Origin: Corallochytrium limacisporum Hawaii
Lineage: Eukaryota > Protista > Pluriformea
Direction of reading: 5' to 3'
Assembly: GCA_002811645.1 (NCBI GenBank)
Contig: PDIP01000016.1
Coordinates: 124,001-188,000 of the forward strand
Length of the DNA stretch: 64,000 bases
Made by a program: the position numbers and the translations under genes. The notes beneath the pieces are model-generated. The model was given only the letters and a program-made list of their open reading frames with translations. It did no database searches and was not told where the DNA came from. Below, piece by piece: positions 46,468-58,427 of this stretch (position 1 is the first letter of the stretch; every line of letters starts with the position of its first letter).

Positions 46468-46923
46468 GGGGGGGAGGAAGACAGAGTCGGTAAAATCGTG
46501 GGGTTCAAAGGCGTGCATAAAAATTGTCAAAAAGGAGGTTTAAGTGGGGTACTCGAATTCTGTTTTTTTTTTTTCTTTTATTTGGGGATATGGGTAATTA
46601 TTCATCGTTCAAAAGGTGCGAACGCTGAGTATGGGGAAACGGGGTTAGTGGTGAGTTGCATTTATCAATTATTCTTTGAAAAGGATTGGTTGTTATTTTA
46701 TTGATTACAAACAAGGGGGGTTTTTTATGTCGTTCTAACTTGTAGAAGCTTGCACACAAATTTCAAACAGACATGTATGTTACACGGTGCAGAATGGACA
46801 CTTTTGAAGATAGGTTGTTGATGATGGAACAATGAGTTGATGATATGGATGGACAACATGTATGGAATGGAATTGACGAAGACGAAACATACAGACGAAT
46901 TCGACTCCGCGACACATACTACC

Positions 46924-49125
46924 TCAGAGACTCATGTGGCGCAAAGCAAAGTAGGCCACCACTCGGAAGAAGATGAAGAAAGCAACAAGACAGAGTGGCA
47001 GCAACTGCCAGTCTGTCCAGTCAAGGACACCAGGCTCCTCGTCGATCACGACCTCACCAGGAATGAAGTCTTGTGTGGCGCAAATACTGTAACTGGACGG
47101 ATCCGCACACGTGAATTGCTCACCCTGGAACTCGATGTTGAAGAGCAGGGAGTAGGTATACTTCACAAATGAGAGATATCCGAGCCAGGAGATGTAGGAG
47201 GGCACATTGTTGATGTAGAAGCCGGCAACAAGCATGGTGGACAGCATGAAGACAGACGCGACCACAAAGCTCCTCTTGAAATTCGGCACCGCTGCTCCAA
47301 AGAACAGACCAATGGACTGCGCCGATATAGAACTCAACAACAGTGTGAAGAGGAAAGAAAAGAATTTGCCTGCATCACGCTGCAAGTTGGCCATGAAGTA
47401 CACGATGATAAGGAACATGGTAGGCAGCACGAAGGTCAGGGGAATCTCACTGACACTCTTGGCAATGAAGTAGGCACTAAGGCGGTAACTGCGGCTGGCC
47501 CGCTCCTTACGCAAAACGCTTCGTTCGGAGGGAAATACGGAGATGGCCTGAAACATGGGCTGGAAACCCCAAAAGACGGTCAAGAAGAAGATCAGACCGG
47601 CGCGGTCAGAAATGGACTCTTCAACGCGGGGTACATTGTACCAGAGCAACCCAACTACAACCGACAGGGCAAGGGCTTGCGAAAAGTTCAAAACGCTGAG
47701 GAATTCACCCTTAGACTGAATGAAAGACCGAGACGACAAGATACACACCTGTTCGAACCAAGTGGCCTCCCAGATACCGGTACTGTCGGCTGTCAGCTCA
47801 GTACCCTGCTTGACTAGAGAGGCAAGGTTGGAGGTGTCGTGTTCCATGGGCTGGAAGTTCTTGTGTAAGGTGGTCATGGCCTCCCTGTTGCTGACCAGCA
47901 GATCCATGATAAAGTCAGCTGGGTTAAAGTTCAGAGGACAGTCGAAGCCCTGTTTCTTCAGGTAAGGCACGACCTGATCCACCGGACCATCAAAGACGGC
48001 CCGTCCTTCGGACATGAGGAACACACGATCAAAAAGATGGAACAGTTGACTGGAAGGTTGGTGAATGGAGCAAATAATAGTGCGCTGTTGCTTGTGAGCG
48101 AGCTTGCGCAGACTCTTTGCAATGATCATCGCAGTCGTCGCATCCAGGCCACTGGTGGGCTCATCGAGAAAGAGCACCGCGGGATCAGTGAGCAGTTCAG
48201 CTGCAATAGACACACGTTTCTTTTCACCACCGGAAACACCGCGATTGATGTCGTTACCGATGATGGTGTTCGCGCACTTACGCAGGAGAAGTCCATCAAT
48301 GACCTCTTCCACCTTTTCCAGCTTCTGCGCTCGCGACATTGACCGAGGCATTCGGAGAAGTGCTGTGTATGTCAGTGTCTGTCGTACGGTCAGGTTGCTG
48401 AAGAAAATGTCCTCCTGGAGAACGAATCCTATGTACTTCTTCAAACGCTTGCTCATGGGCTGATTGTTGAACAGAATATCCCCCTGGTAAGGCGCATGGA
48501 TACGACCGCCCAAAAGATTCAGCAGCGTAGTTTTGCCGGCACCGGACGGACCCATCAGGGCCACAAAGTCTCCAGGCTTCACAAGTCCGCTCGCATTGAA
48601 GATAACCTGCTTCTCATCGACGGCACTCTCTGGACTGGGCACGAAATAGCTAACGTTCTTGAACTCCAGCGCCACACGGGGACGGCTGCTATTATCCATG
48701 TCCCTCATTGGTACGAAAGTGGATGATGCGGGTCTGGACGCTGGGCTAATCTTGGGCTTCTCGTAGAGAGGCGTCTGTAGGTACCCGTACTCCGAAGTGT
48801 GGGCACTTGATTCGCTGTTGCTAGATGTGCTTACCGAGGTGAGAATAGGTTCAACGGGTCGCTCGTTCTGTGTTGCTTGGTTCTGTGTGGTGACATCCTT
48901 CTTTGTGTCGGTCTGGCTATCGTTGTCATTGATCGTCAAACCCAAATCCCGGGCAGTGTCTTCGATGACGACGGTTGCAGACTCCAGTTGACTGCCACTG
49001 TTCATGCTATGCTCAAGATTGGCTGCCGTGCCCCGCTGGGAGTCGGTACCCATGACTCCCATGGAGGTGCAGCTAGCGCGGGACATTCCGCTGGCTCTAA
49101 CTAGGCGTTGATCGTTGCTGTTCAT
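46924..49125 (-). CDS. ABCG (White-like) half transporter
   Basis: NBD-TMD order, with Walker A GPSGAGKTT, signature VSGGE, FLDEPTSGLD, IHQPS, NPADF and a C-terminal multi-TM domain. Confidence 0.95.
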   Translation of the reverse strand: MNSNDQRLVRASGMSRASCTSMGVMGTDSQRGTAANLEHSMNSGSQLESATVVIEDTARDLGLTINDNDSQTDTKKDVTTQNQATQNERPVEPILTSVSTSSNSESSAHTSEYGYLQTPLYEKPKISPASRPASSTFVPMRDMDNSSRPRVALEFKNVSYFVPSPESAVDEKQVIFNASGLVKPGDFVALMGPSGAGKTTLLNLLGGRIHAPYQGDILFNNQPMSKRLKKYIGFVLQEDIFFSNLTVRQTLTYTALLRMPRSMSRAQKLEKVEEVIDGLLLRKCANTIIGNDINRGVSGGEKKRVSIAAELLTDPAVLFLDEPTSGLDATTAMIIAKSLRKLAHKQQRTIICSIHQPSSQLFHLFDRVFLMSEGRAVFDGPVDQVVPYLKKQGFDCPLNFNPADFIMDLLVSNREAMTTLHKNFQPMEHDTSNLASLVKQGTELTADSTGIWEATWFEQVCILSSRSFIQSKGEFLSVLNFSQALALSVVVGLLWYNVPRVEESISDRAGLIFFLTVFWGFQPMFQAISVFPSERSVLRKERASRSYRLSAYFIAKSVSEIPLTFVLPTMFLIIVYFMANLQRDAGKFFSFLFTLLLSSISAQSIGLFFGAAVPNFKRSFVVASVFMLSTMLVAGFYINNVPSYISWLGYLSFVKYTYSLLFNIEFQGEQFTCADPSSYSICATQDFIPGEVVIDEEPGVLDWTDWQLLPLCLVAFFIFFRVVAYFALRHMSL

Positions 49126-49556
49126 ATTTGTATGTTTTTTTTTTGGTTTTGTTTATGAAAGATGATACATGTACAAGGTCATTTTATCACCAATCACTGG
49201 AATATCTCTTAAATAGCAGTCATTGTTCTTCCAGGACGCCATCGTCACCGCGACACGCTGACCTCGAAAGTCGTCTTGTGACTCCAATAAGGCTGCAGTT
49301 CGCGTGCGAACAGCAGACACAAGCGCCAGAAGACACCGAGACATGATCATTCACACACTCACATTGTACCGCCATTCATAAGTTATTCGATGCAGGCGAA
49401 AACAAATGGCTGTTGCCGTGTTGAATTGCATACTATGCCCCCAAGGCACACCCCCTCGGTACCCACACAACGTCCCAAAAATCGCTGATTTACCCCCCAC
49501 AGAGAACACAGGCGCCCTCGTCTTTCTTTCCCCCCCCCCTTCCTTTCCCCCCTTCC

Positions 49557-49831
49557 NNNNNNNNNNNNNNNNNNNNNNNNNNNNNNNNNNNNNNNNNNNN
49601 NNNNNNNNNNNNNNNNNNNNNNNNNNNNNNNNNNNNNNNNNNNNNNNNNNNNNNNNNNNNNNNNNNNNNNNNNNNNNNNNNNNNNNNNNNNNNNNNNNNN
49701 NNNNNNNNNNNNNNNNNNNNNNNNNNNNNNNNNNNNNNNNNNNNNNNNNNNNNNNNNNNNNNNNNNNNNNNNNNNNNNNNNNNNNNNNNNNNNNNNNNNN
49801 NNNNNNNNNNNNNNNNNNNNNNNNNNNNNNN
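49557..49831. other. Assembly gap flanked by C-tracts
   Basis: Direct observation. Confidence 0.99.
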
Positions 49832-50219
49832 CCCCGAAGGTCCCCCAGTTTCTCCAATACATTCACTACCGGAGCACCCCGGTCCCTCCCCGTCTCGCTC
49901 TTCGGGGTCCGAAGGGACACACACACCCTCCCCCCCGGTTTGTTCCCGGCGCGCAGTCTTCTGCTCATGCGACCCCCCCTAACGCCGAGTGGACAACCCG
50001 ACTTGGGGAGAGAGGGAAGAAGGAGAATGGGCGACCAGCTCCGTACGCACCGTCATCAGCTGCTGTCGGCGATGGACGTGATAGCACAGGTGCATAGAAA
50101 CGTATAAAAGGGTATTCTTATACTGAACATGCGTGTATTACAACTTAGAAAAAGGGAATTATATCTTGGGTGATGGCGGGAGGGAGGGAACAAAAGGTTT
50201 CCTTCCGAGTGGGCCCCAT

Positions 50220-50350
50220 ATAGAGAGAGAGAGAGAGCCAGCAGGGAACGTGGTAAGGGGGAAGAGGGGACCAACACTGACAGAGAGAGAAAGAGAGAGA
50301 GAGAGCGAGAGAGAGAGACACAGAGAGAGCGAGAGATAAAGGAGAGAAGA
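50220..50350 (+). repeat. Imperfect (GA)n purine-rich microsatellite
   Basis: agagagagagagag...gagagagaaagagagagagagagcgagagagagagacacagagagag. Confidence 0.85.
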
Positions 50351-52348
50351 GTAGGGAAGGGACCGTCTCTTCCTTCCCCCCTTTCCAAAAGAAGGGGAAT
50401 TGCGTGGGGGGGAGGGGTTGCGCAAGGTAATGGTCCTATATTAAATACGCACTGACCGAATAGGTCGCCTGACGAGACGTCCACTCGCTTTTGCTGGTCA
50501 ATATACTGAGGCATATGAACATGGTTTACTACCTGGCAGGAGTGCCGACGTACGTACGTACGTTCGAGACCGGAGCATGGCGGCGGAGTGAACGAAGGGC
50601 AAAGTTGCCCAGGGGGCCTAATTCCGACCTGGCCCCCAATTGCACTCTCCCCAGCCTCCCCAACCAATTCCGTAAAGAGAAAAGAAAAGAACAATTAAAA
50701 CAAAAACAAATTCCACCAATGCTCGGTAAAAAAAAACTTGGTATATTGTGTATCTAGAAACCTTGTGGCTGTCTGAGGAGGAGTTGGTAGGATGGTAAGG
50801 GAAAACGATTAACCAGTCCCTTCGGTGCGGCTTCAGAGGTCCTGTCCCGCTTTGTTTTGTCCGGAAAGTGGGGGGGGGCTCAGCATTCTCAGACTTTCGG
50901 TAGAGTCGAAACGGATCCAATTTTTGTTTTTCGAAGAAATCGTTCAAGATCTATTTGCAAGGCTGGTTTTTCCATAGTAGAGAAGTGGAAGAAATCATCG
51001 GTCCGGAGGAGGGACGGGGTAGTCTTCTTAGAAAACAAAATGAGTTTACCCAACGACGACGGTCGCCCCCCTCCTCCTTTGAAACTGTGGCTCCCATTTT
51101 GAAACGGTGAGCTGACTGGGAGTGACACCGGCTGAGTAAGGCGAAATTATACAAATTCACGTCTCTCCCTTCCCTCCCAGATCCTTTTTAGTCCTTTTCT
51201 TTCCCGTTTTCTTTTTGCCGCACTATTTCGCCTCGACCAAAGATACAAAGTCGCAAAACATCTGAGCATTTTCTCTCCCCCCCTTTTTTTTTCTGTTGCG
51301 CTCATCTAACACGCCTGTCGGTTTGTCACGCCTTTGCTTCGGGGCATGAGCCACAGACTTTGGAGCCCACTCTCCCCTCCGAGTTGATCGCTGCCAGCCC
51401 AAAACAGAAAAATTCAATATAAAAAAATGAGGGACAGCTGAATAAAAGAACTACGGGCGGTAGCACACACGACGCCCAAGCGGTGAAATGCAGTACGTTC
51501 ACTACGATTTATCGGGGGCCTATTTAAAACATTGACGTCATGTTATATTGGCCCAGAATGAAAAAAAAATGAAAAAAAAGACCGGGGAGACATTGACAGT
51601 AGTAGAGGTGTGTGTGGGTGTGGGAGAGGGAGACGGGCGGGAAACGCGGTGAGGCGATGATCAAAGAAATAAACCCAGCCAAATAAATAGAAAGAAAGAA
51701 AAAAGGGAAGTGTACCAGCGGAAAAAATACACGAGCAGAAGGCAGAGTTTGTCAGGAAACTGTAATCCTCTCTACTTTGCCGACCTCGTTCGGATGAAAC
51801 CGGGACCGGGACAACTCTCCGATTGGTGTACCAGTTGGTAGTGGGCGTATTGAGATGATTCTTCATAAACCCAGCTCGGACACGAGACAAAAGGAGAGAG
51901 AAATTTGGTCATCGTGACTTGTGCGGCAGCCGAGTGATCATGCGTAGGCCGGTGAGTTGTGTGTGTGGGGGGGATATGGGTGCCCGGGTTGAGAACCCGA
52001 GCGAACGCTTGCTCGATCTCCTGATTTCTCCGTTTCTTACAAACCTGTGTTTCTTTCACTTTTTTATTTTGTATTTCCTTCCTTTTTCTTTTGTTATCTA
52101 TGAAAGAGTTTTACTTTCCCCGTCCTTGTTTTCTGCGTTTTAGAGCTGCGCAGCGTTGTGTTCCTAATTCTTCGCCAAATGCCGTACGGAGGCGCGCGCC
52201 CGTCTGGCTTTAGACAGCGAGGGGCCGGTCCGGTCCATCCACCATCCACCTTGTACTTGGAGATGTCCCCCCCCCCTCTTCTTTTCTCCGAGTGATAGGA
52301 AGGAGTGACGCCGGAAGAGAGTATTTGGTCGGAGGACGATCAAGGCAA

Positions 52349-52803
52349 ACACACACACACANNNNNNNNNNNNNNNNNNNNNNNNNNNNNNNNNNNNNNN
52401 NNNNNNNNNNNNNNNNNNNNNNNNNNNNNNNNNNNNNNNNNNNNNNNNNNNNNNNNNNNNNNNNNNNNNNNNNNNNNNNNNNNNNNNNNNNNNNNNNNNN
52501 NNNNNNNNNNNNNNNNNNNNNNNNNNNNNNNNNNNNNNNNNNNNNNNNNNNNNNNNNNNNNNNNNNNNNNNNNNNNNNNNNNNNNNNNNNNNNNNNNNNN
52601 NNNNNNNNNNNNNNNNNNNNNNNNNNNNNNNNNNNNNNNNNNNNNNNNNNNNNNNNNNNNNNNNNNNNNNNNNNNNNNNNNNNNNNNNNNNNNNNNNNNN
52701 NNNNNNNNNNNNNNNNNNNNNNNNNNNNNNNNNNNNNNNNNNNNNNNNNNNNNNNNNNNNNNNNNNNNNNNNNNNNNNNNNACACACACACACACACACA
52801 CAC
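52349..52803 (+). repeat. (CA)n microsatellite spanning an assembly gap (N 52362-52781)
   Basis: AC repeats abut both sides of the N run. Confidence 0.9.
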
Positions 52804-53170
52804 GCAAACCGAGAGACGCGGGGACGGAGAGGAGAGATGGTCTAAGGTGGTAGTACGGCATAACCCCATCACTTTCTTCCTCCGGTGTCCGCTCCTCCCC
52901 CCTTTTCTCCCCCGGAGAAAGAGGGCGAGCAGCGGGAGTGGGGGGGGGGAGAGGGGGGCAGGTTCCCCTCTCTCACACACACTCTTTTTTTTCTTCGCCC
53001 TCTTGGGAAGGCGTGCTTGGAGCATGGCCCCATCGTCCTCCTTTCTATATTTCCCGTCTCTCTCTCTCTCTCGTTCCTTTCCGTGTTGTTTCCAAGTCTC
53101 TTCTTTTATTCCTTACGATCACTAGTCTGTTATATTCTTGGCATGTGTGGTACGTGTGTTTTGTGGGAAT

Positions 53171-53273
53171 CCTTGGCCAAGATAAAAGGAGAAAGGGCTG
53201 GTCCACCTTGGCCAAGTATCTTGCGTGACTTGTTTTCCTTGGCCAAGAATCATACGCAATTTCCTTGGCCAAG
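53171..53273. repeat. Four exact copies of CCTTGGCCAAG (contains the palindrome CTTGGCCAAG)
   Basis: Copies start at 53171, 53206, 53237 and 53263, separated by non-repeated spacers. Confidence 0.9.
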
Positions 53274-54180
53274 AAAAAATCCCCATCTGTTTTGCCCTGT
53301 TTGCCGTTTGGTGGGAAGGTAATCGTTCGCATTCATCAGTCTTTAACACCTCCCGCCGGATCAGCCACGCAGTACCCACCCGAGCAAACGAAGCCTTCTC
53401 TCTCCCACTTTTATCTCCGCATCCTCGGCCCACTTCCCTTGCAATTCATAATCGGACCTTGGACCCATTTGGACGTGAGGCAAAGAGCCGAAAAAAAACG
53501 AAAAGAGAGATAGACTTACAATTGTGCCAGAGAAGCAATTCGCAGGCCAAACTAAGCGAAGTGCTGGAATGATTTGGTAAAAAAAAAGAAATTAAGCCCT
53601 TTCCGAGGTCTTCTCTCTGCAAGCAAAACTCGAACCAGGGAACATTTCTTACGGAGTCGAGTGCCGAGTGCGGGTGGTCAGCATTTCGGCGAGGAGGACG
53701 ATGAGAAGCAGGAGGCGCAGGCGCGACACGCTGACTGGCTGCGGTCGCTGGCTGCAACCCAGCTCGGCAGTTGCGTTTGTGCATGATCTTTCTTGCCCTT
53801 TATCGTGGTCCAGTTATCTCTGTCCCTAGTGTGCCTTGGTTCGGCTTTTGTGCATACATAAGCTTTGCCCGCCGCCCCCCCCCCCCCCCCCACATCTTCC
53901 TCTTCGTCTCAAAATGGTTTGCGTGCCGGCATCGTCCATCGGTCAGCTGACGACGTTAACAGGGGCAACGCGGGTAAACTCCGAGAGGAGAAAAAGGGGA
54001 GGGGTTAACGGGTGAGGGGGCGAGAGATAGCAAGAGGCGACAGAGCGAGCGAACGAGTTAGCGAGTTACAGGGAGTGAGAGAGTAATGAGCGTGTGATGC
54101 ACATTTGATGGAAAGGTATGGTAGGGATCGCTAAGGTGATTCGGTGTGATGATGACAAGTGCATGGATAAGACATGCAGG

Positions 54181-54294
54181 CTGTGATGTGTTCAGCATCA
54201 TATTGGTTGAACTGTGATGTTTCCAGCATCCCTATGGCTGTGCTGTAATGTGTTCAGCATCATAGTGGGTGAATAGTGATGTGTTCAGCATCAT
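54181..54294. repeat. 31-bp-period tandem array (4 units) with core TGATGTGTTCAGCATC
   Basis: Units start at 54181, 54212, 54243 and 54274, and units 1 and 3 share similar spacers. A degenerate fifth core lies near 54312. Confidence 0.85.
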
Positions 54295-57200
54295 CTAACG
54301 GTGGCTTTAATATGATATGTCTGGCATGCGCGGGTTGATAATTTTTTTCCGGAGAGGCGGCGGACCTGTGCCAATACGTCTGCTGTGGAAGTGGTTCTAG
54401 GCCACGGTCTATGGAACCGGGATGAGCACGGAGGGAGATCCAAAGCTAAGTGTGGCGAAGAATTTTCCCACAGAGAGCTGATTGAATTTTACCATGGATG
54501 AAAACTCCGGTTATGTGTGCTCACGCACGTCCGCTGAAGAGGCAGAGGATGGTCTTCAGAACGCAAAACCACTGGATCGATACCAAAAGGAGAACATGGT
54601 GCATGCATGTTGATCCCGGTAGTGCAATCGCTTCCACAACCCGTAGCAATCAGTTTCAACGATTTGAAACACAAAAGGCAGGTTCAACGCGAGTGTCTTG
54701 TTCCATGACCCTCGTCACAGACACATCGTCCTGTTTGTCATGGAGGGTATGCCAAGAACTCTCGTTCACGATGTTTCGTAGGTATCCCGTCCATGGAACT
54801 CTGTGAATTCCCCTGTACCATGTACAGCTTCTCAAATCGATCGGAGAAGGCAGCGACGCGGTGATGCTGGTGCGCGGGCGGGTAGTCCTTGTTGAATGTT
54901 CAGAAGACAATCCAATTGGAGAGAATGGGCCCGTACCAGCTCACTGCTGTTGATCAGCCAGTGGGAGGCCTGATGTACTCAACTGGCAGAACCATATTAT
55001 TCATCTTGTGCCATCTGTTCATCCTCCATTTGGCCTTCACACTTGTCCACTGCTGGTGGTTTCATTGGAGGCCTCCATCATTTGCGCTCAAATGACCCCA
55101 TTCCCAAGCAGTGTGGAGAAGAGCGAGCGACGGCCAGAGTCGTAATAGTATCTGAAGCTCGCCGCACCAAAGATTCCGTGGGTCCTCGAACAGCTGACCA
55201 TCTGTTCTACGATTGTCCCAACGGACAATGTGGTATCGGCGATAACATTGTTGTTTTATGTCGTCTTACTGATGCGCACAACCCGTCCGTAAGCGGTAGG
55301 TGACGCCCCACTGAGGGTTCATCCGGCACCACCCCACTACATTTGAATAGCCTCGTCGGGCATGGTATCTCTTCCAGCTCCACCATGGTAAGGATGAACC
55401 GGTGAGAGCTACTTTTGGTGTCTGCTGATCTAGTAAGATCATCCCCGTCGCTCTTTCGGGATGTCTGAGGTAAGTACGCCGCTATTGATGTCTTCCTCTG
55501 CTGAGCAACAAATTGATGAGGTTTGCTGCCTTATGAGTACGGTGCTTTGTGAGCCTCAATTGGATCCTGTTCTAGTTGTTTTAATTAAAGCCTTGCTGAT
55601 TCGGGTGTTCCGCACATAAAGAAGAGACGAGAGGAGCGTTCGTTCGTGGTTCTTTCTCACTGCCCGTTTGGTCATATCCACTACTCTGTCCATCAATGGC
55701 AGGCAATTGAGAGCCACGCGATGCCGTGTGTAGCAGTACGCCCAGAGGAATTTTCCGCAACGCTTTGCTATCGCTCAAGTGCGGGCTGCCGCTTCGTAAG
55801 TCTCGAAGCGTACCCAGTGCTCGAAGAGCTTTGGCTTTCCCCCCTCCCGACGCCCCTGCGTTTTTTTTTTTGTTGCAATACCCTTCCTTGGGAAAGGGAG
55901 AAGGCCGGTAAAAGGAAGGGAGGGGGGGGACTCGACCACACTCGCGTGTATCAGTAGCCATGGAGGCCCGGCATTGGACAGCCCTTCAAAACATACTGGT
56001 AACTTATGGTTCTGTTTTCCCTTGCGCGCGGTTGTTACCAGAGATTTTCTTTTATCTTTTCTTGTTGTTGGGTGTGTGTGTGTGCTCTTCTTTTGCTGGG
56101 TTCAGTTGGTACTCTGACCGTACTTTCGCCAGGGGCTCCAAATTACTAAGGCCTACGGTGTTGGTGGGGTGGGGGGGAGCGACTGGAATTCCCTATAGTA
56201 AAACAAGGGAATGTTTTCAGGGGCGAACGAAAGAAGCCCAACGAATTCTTCCTCGTTTCCCTGCCAAGCGCGGCCTGCGCACAAAACGGGGATCCGTGTC
56301 TGAGATCGAGGAAGGGTCAAAGTATGTCAAAACAGGTGGATGCGCCCATGTTGAGAAAGCGACTAATGAAGCGCTAAGACAGATGTGACTGGATGCCCGG
56401 AAACGGGCGAGATCAGGACTCACGCTCTGAAACCAATGAACCTGTTCGCGCACTGTTCAGTATTGAAATCTGGTCGCCATCCTGGGGGAGGCGCCAAGGG
56501 TTGCGGGGCGCTGACCATACCGGGGCCTTGCCAATCAAATCGTCGACGGAGAATATATTCCATTGATCCCTGCTGGAGAGTGCGAAACCGTTCGAGGTTT
56601 ATGTGTCCGGAGAGTTTGGCCAGAAAATCCCAAACCCACCATGGCGCCTTCACCGGCTCCCGCTGCCCTCTCCAATATGGCTTAGCACCAGCGGGACTCC
56701 CGGGGCCGAATTAGAATTTTAGGCGGTGTGCAACGTTGGGAGAGGGGGGCGGGTGCAAATGGCAGCGGGTGAAGACCAAAATCGGTCACTGGCTCTCCCA
56801 CCCTCCCGGAAAAGGGGAATCCACCCTGCACACGTCGTTCACTTCCTCGGTTTTGAGTTCCGTGTGGCGGCGGTTGCCTTGCCAGCTGTGTGCCTCTTTG
56901 GTCCCAGAACCGAGGTGTTACATTAGACCTCCAGGTGAAAAGAAGTACACAGACTTCATCATCAATAGGCTTACGAGATCCGAACGATTCACCCTTGGTG
57001 ATGCGAATGGTGATTCTGAGCTTACTTGGTCCTCTCTGGGCTCGGAGCCTCGAATACCAAATCCGCACACAGCATGTCCAAGCCGAATAACCGGCGTATC
57101 CCTGGTATCCCAATTGACTCTGGAACTGGCTTGTGGCATCGCTCGTCTTGTACATGGGTATGAAGTCTAGCCTCAATGTTTGCAGCCAGCCACTTCCATC

Positions 57201-58427
57201 ACCGTCGTAGACTTCAACGCCCTCTGCAGCCTGACAGCGGGCTCCTCTTGGGTACGGGTGTGGCTTTCCTTTGCAGGCTCTACACATTCTGCTTCATCAA
57301 CGATTTTGCTCTTGCGATCCCCAATGAAGGCTATGCACGGTCAATCCTTCCTCTGTATGCAATCATAGATGCGATGATTACCTGTTGATGTTAGTTCCAG
57401 TAGTCAAAATGGCCGGTATCGAAAGATGACTTGTGGTTGATTTGCCAGCGGGACTGCTGAACGCGGCTGGTGGATGCGAAGACGATGCCGCGACTCTGCA
57501 GGCGACACGAAACCAGAACCCGCGATTTCTTTTTGCCTCTTGGTGCCCGGTCAATTGCTCGTAGCGTCCGCAAAGAAAAAGACATCGTACACCGATAGCA
57601 CCGGTGGGCCCTTTGTGTACGAAGTTGTTTCTATTCTTGTCTCCACTCAGAGGTACCATCCAAGTAGACACACAGCAACAGGAGGTGAACACACGGGACC
57701 GCCGTGGCACCAAGCACACCCGACTCCACTCTTTTTCGTCGTGCTGGTTCGTTTGGTAGCGTTCAGCCGCGCTTTGCACTGCCCTCGCGAGCCCGGTCGG
57801 TTTTTCGCAGTTAGTTCCCCCGGACTCTGGGGGGTGGTCCTTGGAACAAGAAAAAAAGGAAAAAGAAATAATGGAAAAAAAAAATATTGGGAAGCAGCCT
57901 GGGACCGAGCGGCTGGGCCGCGAGGAGAGTTTCTTCGAAGACGGCCGTCCAATCCAAACACCGCAGGGGCCGGGTTGGGGGGGGGGGGGCTGCTTTCGAC
58001 GGCAACGAGAGAGAGGGGGCGCCCACCCCTCGAAATCCCGGCGACATTTGGCAGTGTGCACCGGCGGTCAACCGGACTGGGGATTCTTTCAGGTTCCGTT
58101 GTCTTGCTTCTTGTGGACTGCCTATCGTTTCACATCTGTGTGTGAAGTTTAGTTTGCTGTTTGTTGGCATGTATGTGTTTCTAGGTCTTCTTTGCGTTTT
58201 GACCTTCCCAGACGTTGCTACCCATGCTGCTGGTTAGTGTATCTAAGGGATCCCGCCCGGGTATTCCAGCCATGCCAGTCTAAGTATTCAGGATAGGATG
58301 CATGCATGGTCTGTATCAATTGCGTGAGGATAAGTCTGAAACAAAGACCGAAGAAAGTGACCACACTAGGACTTAGGGTAGAGTGATTTATACTATAGCA
58401 TCCACCAATAGGAAGCAACCGACAACA

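Noticed and set aside
52164-53125. Long ORFs crossing N-gaps (also near 8.0-8.6, 26.4-27.1, 46.0-46.7 and 49.3-50.1 kb)
   Set aside because: They are artefacts of N runs that contain no stop codons.
53171-54330. Repeat-spacer arrays as CRISPR
   Set aside because: Repeats are only 11-19 bp with short spacers, the context is eukaryotic, and there are no cas genes.
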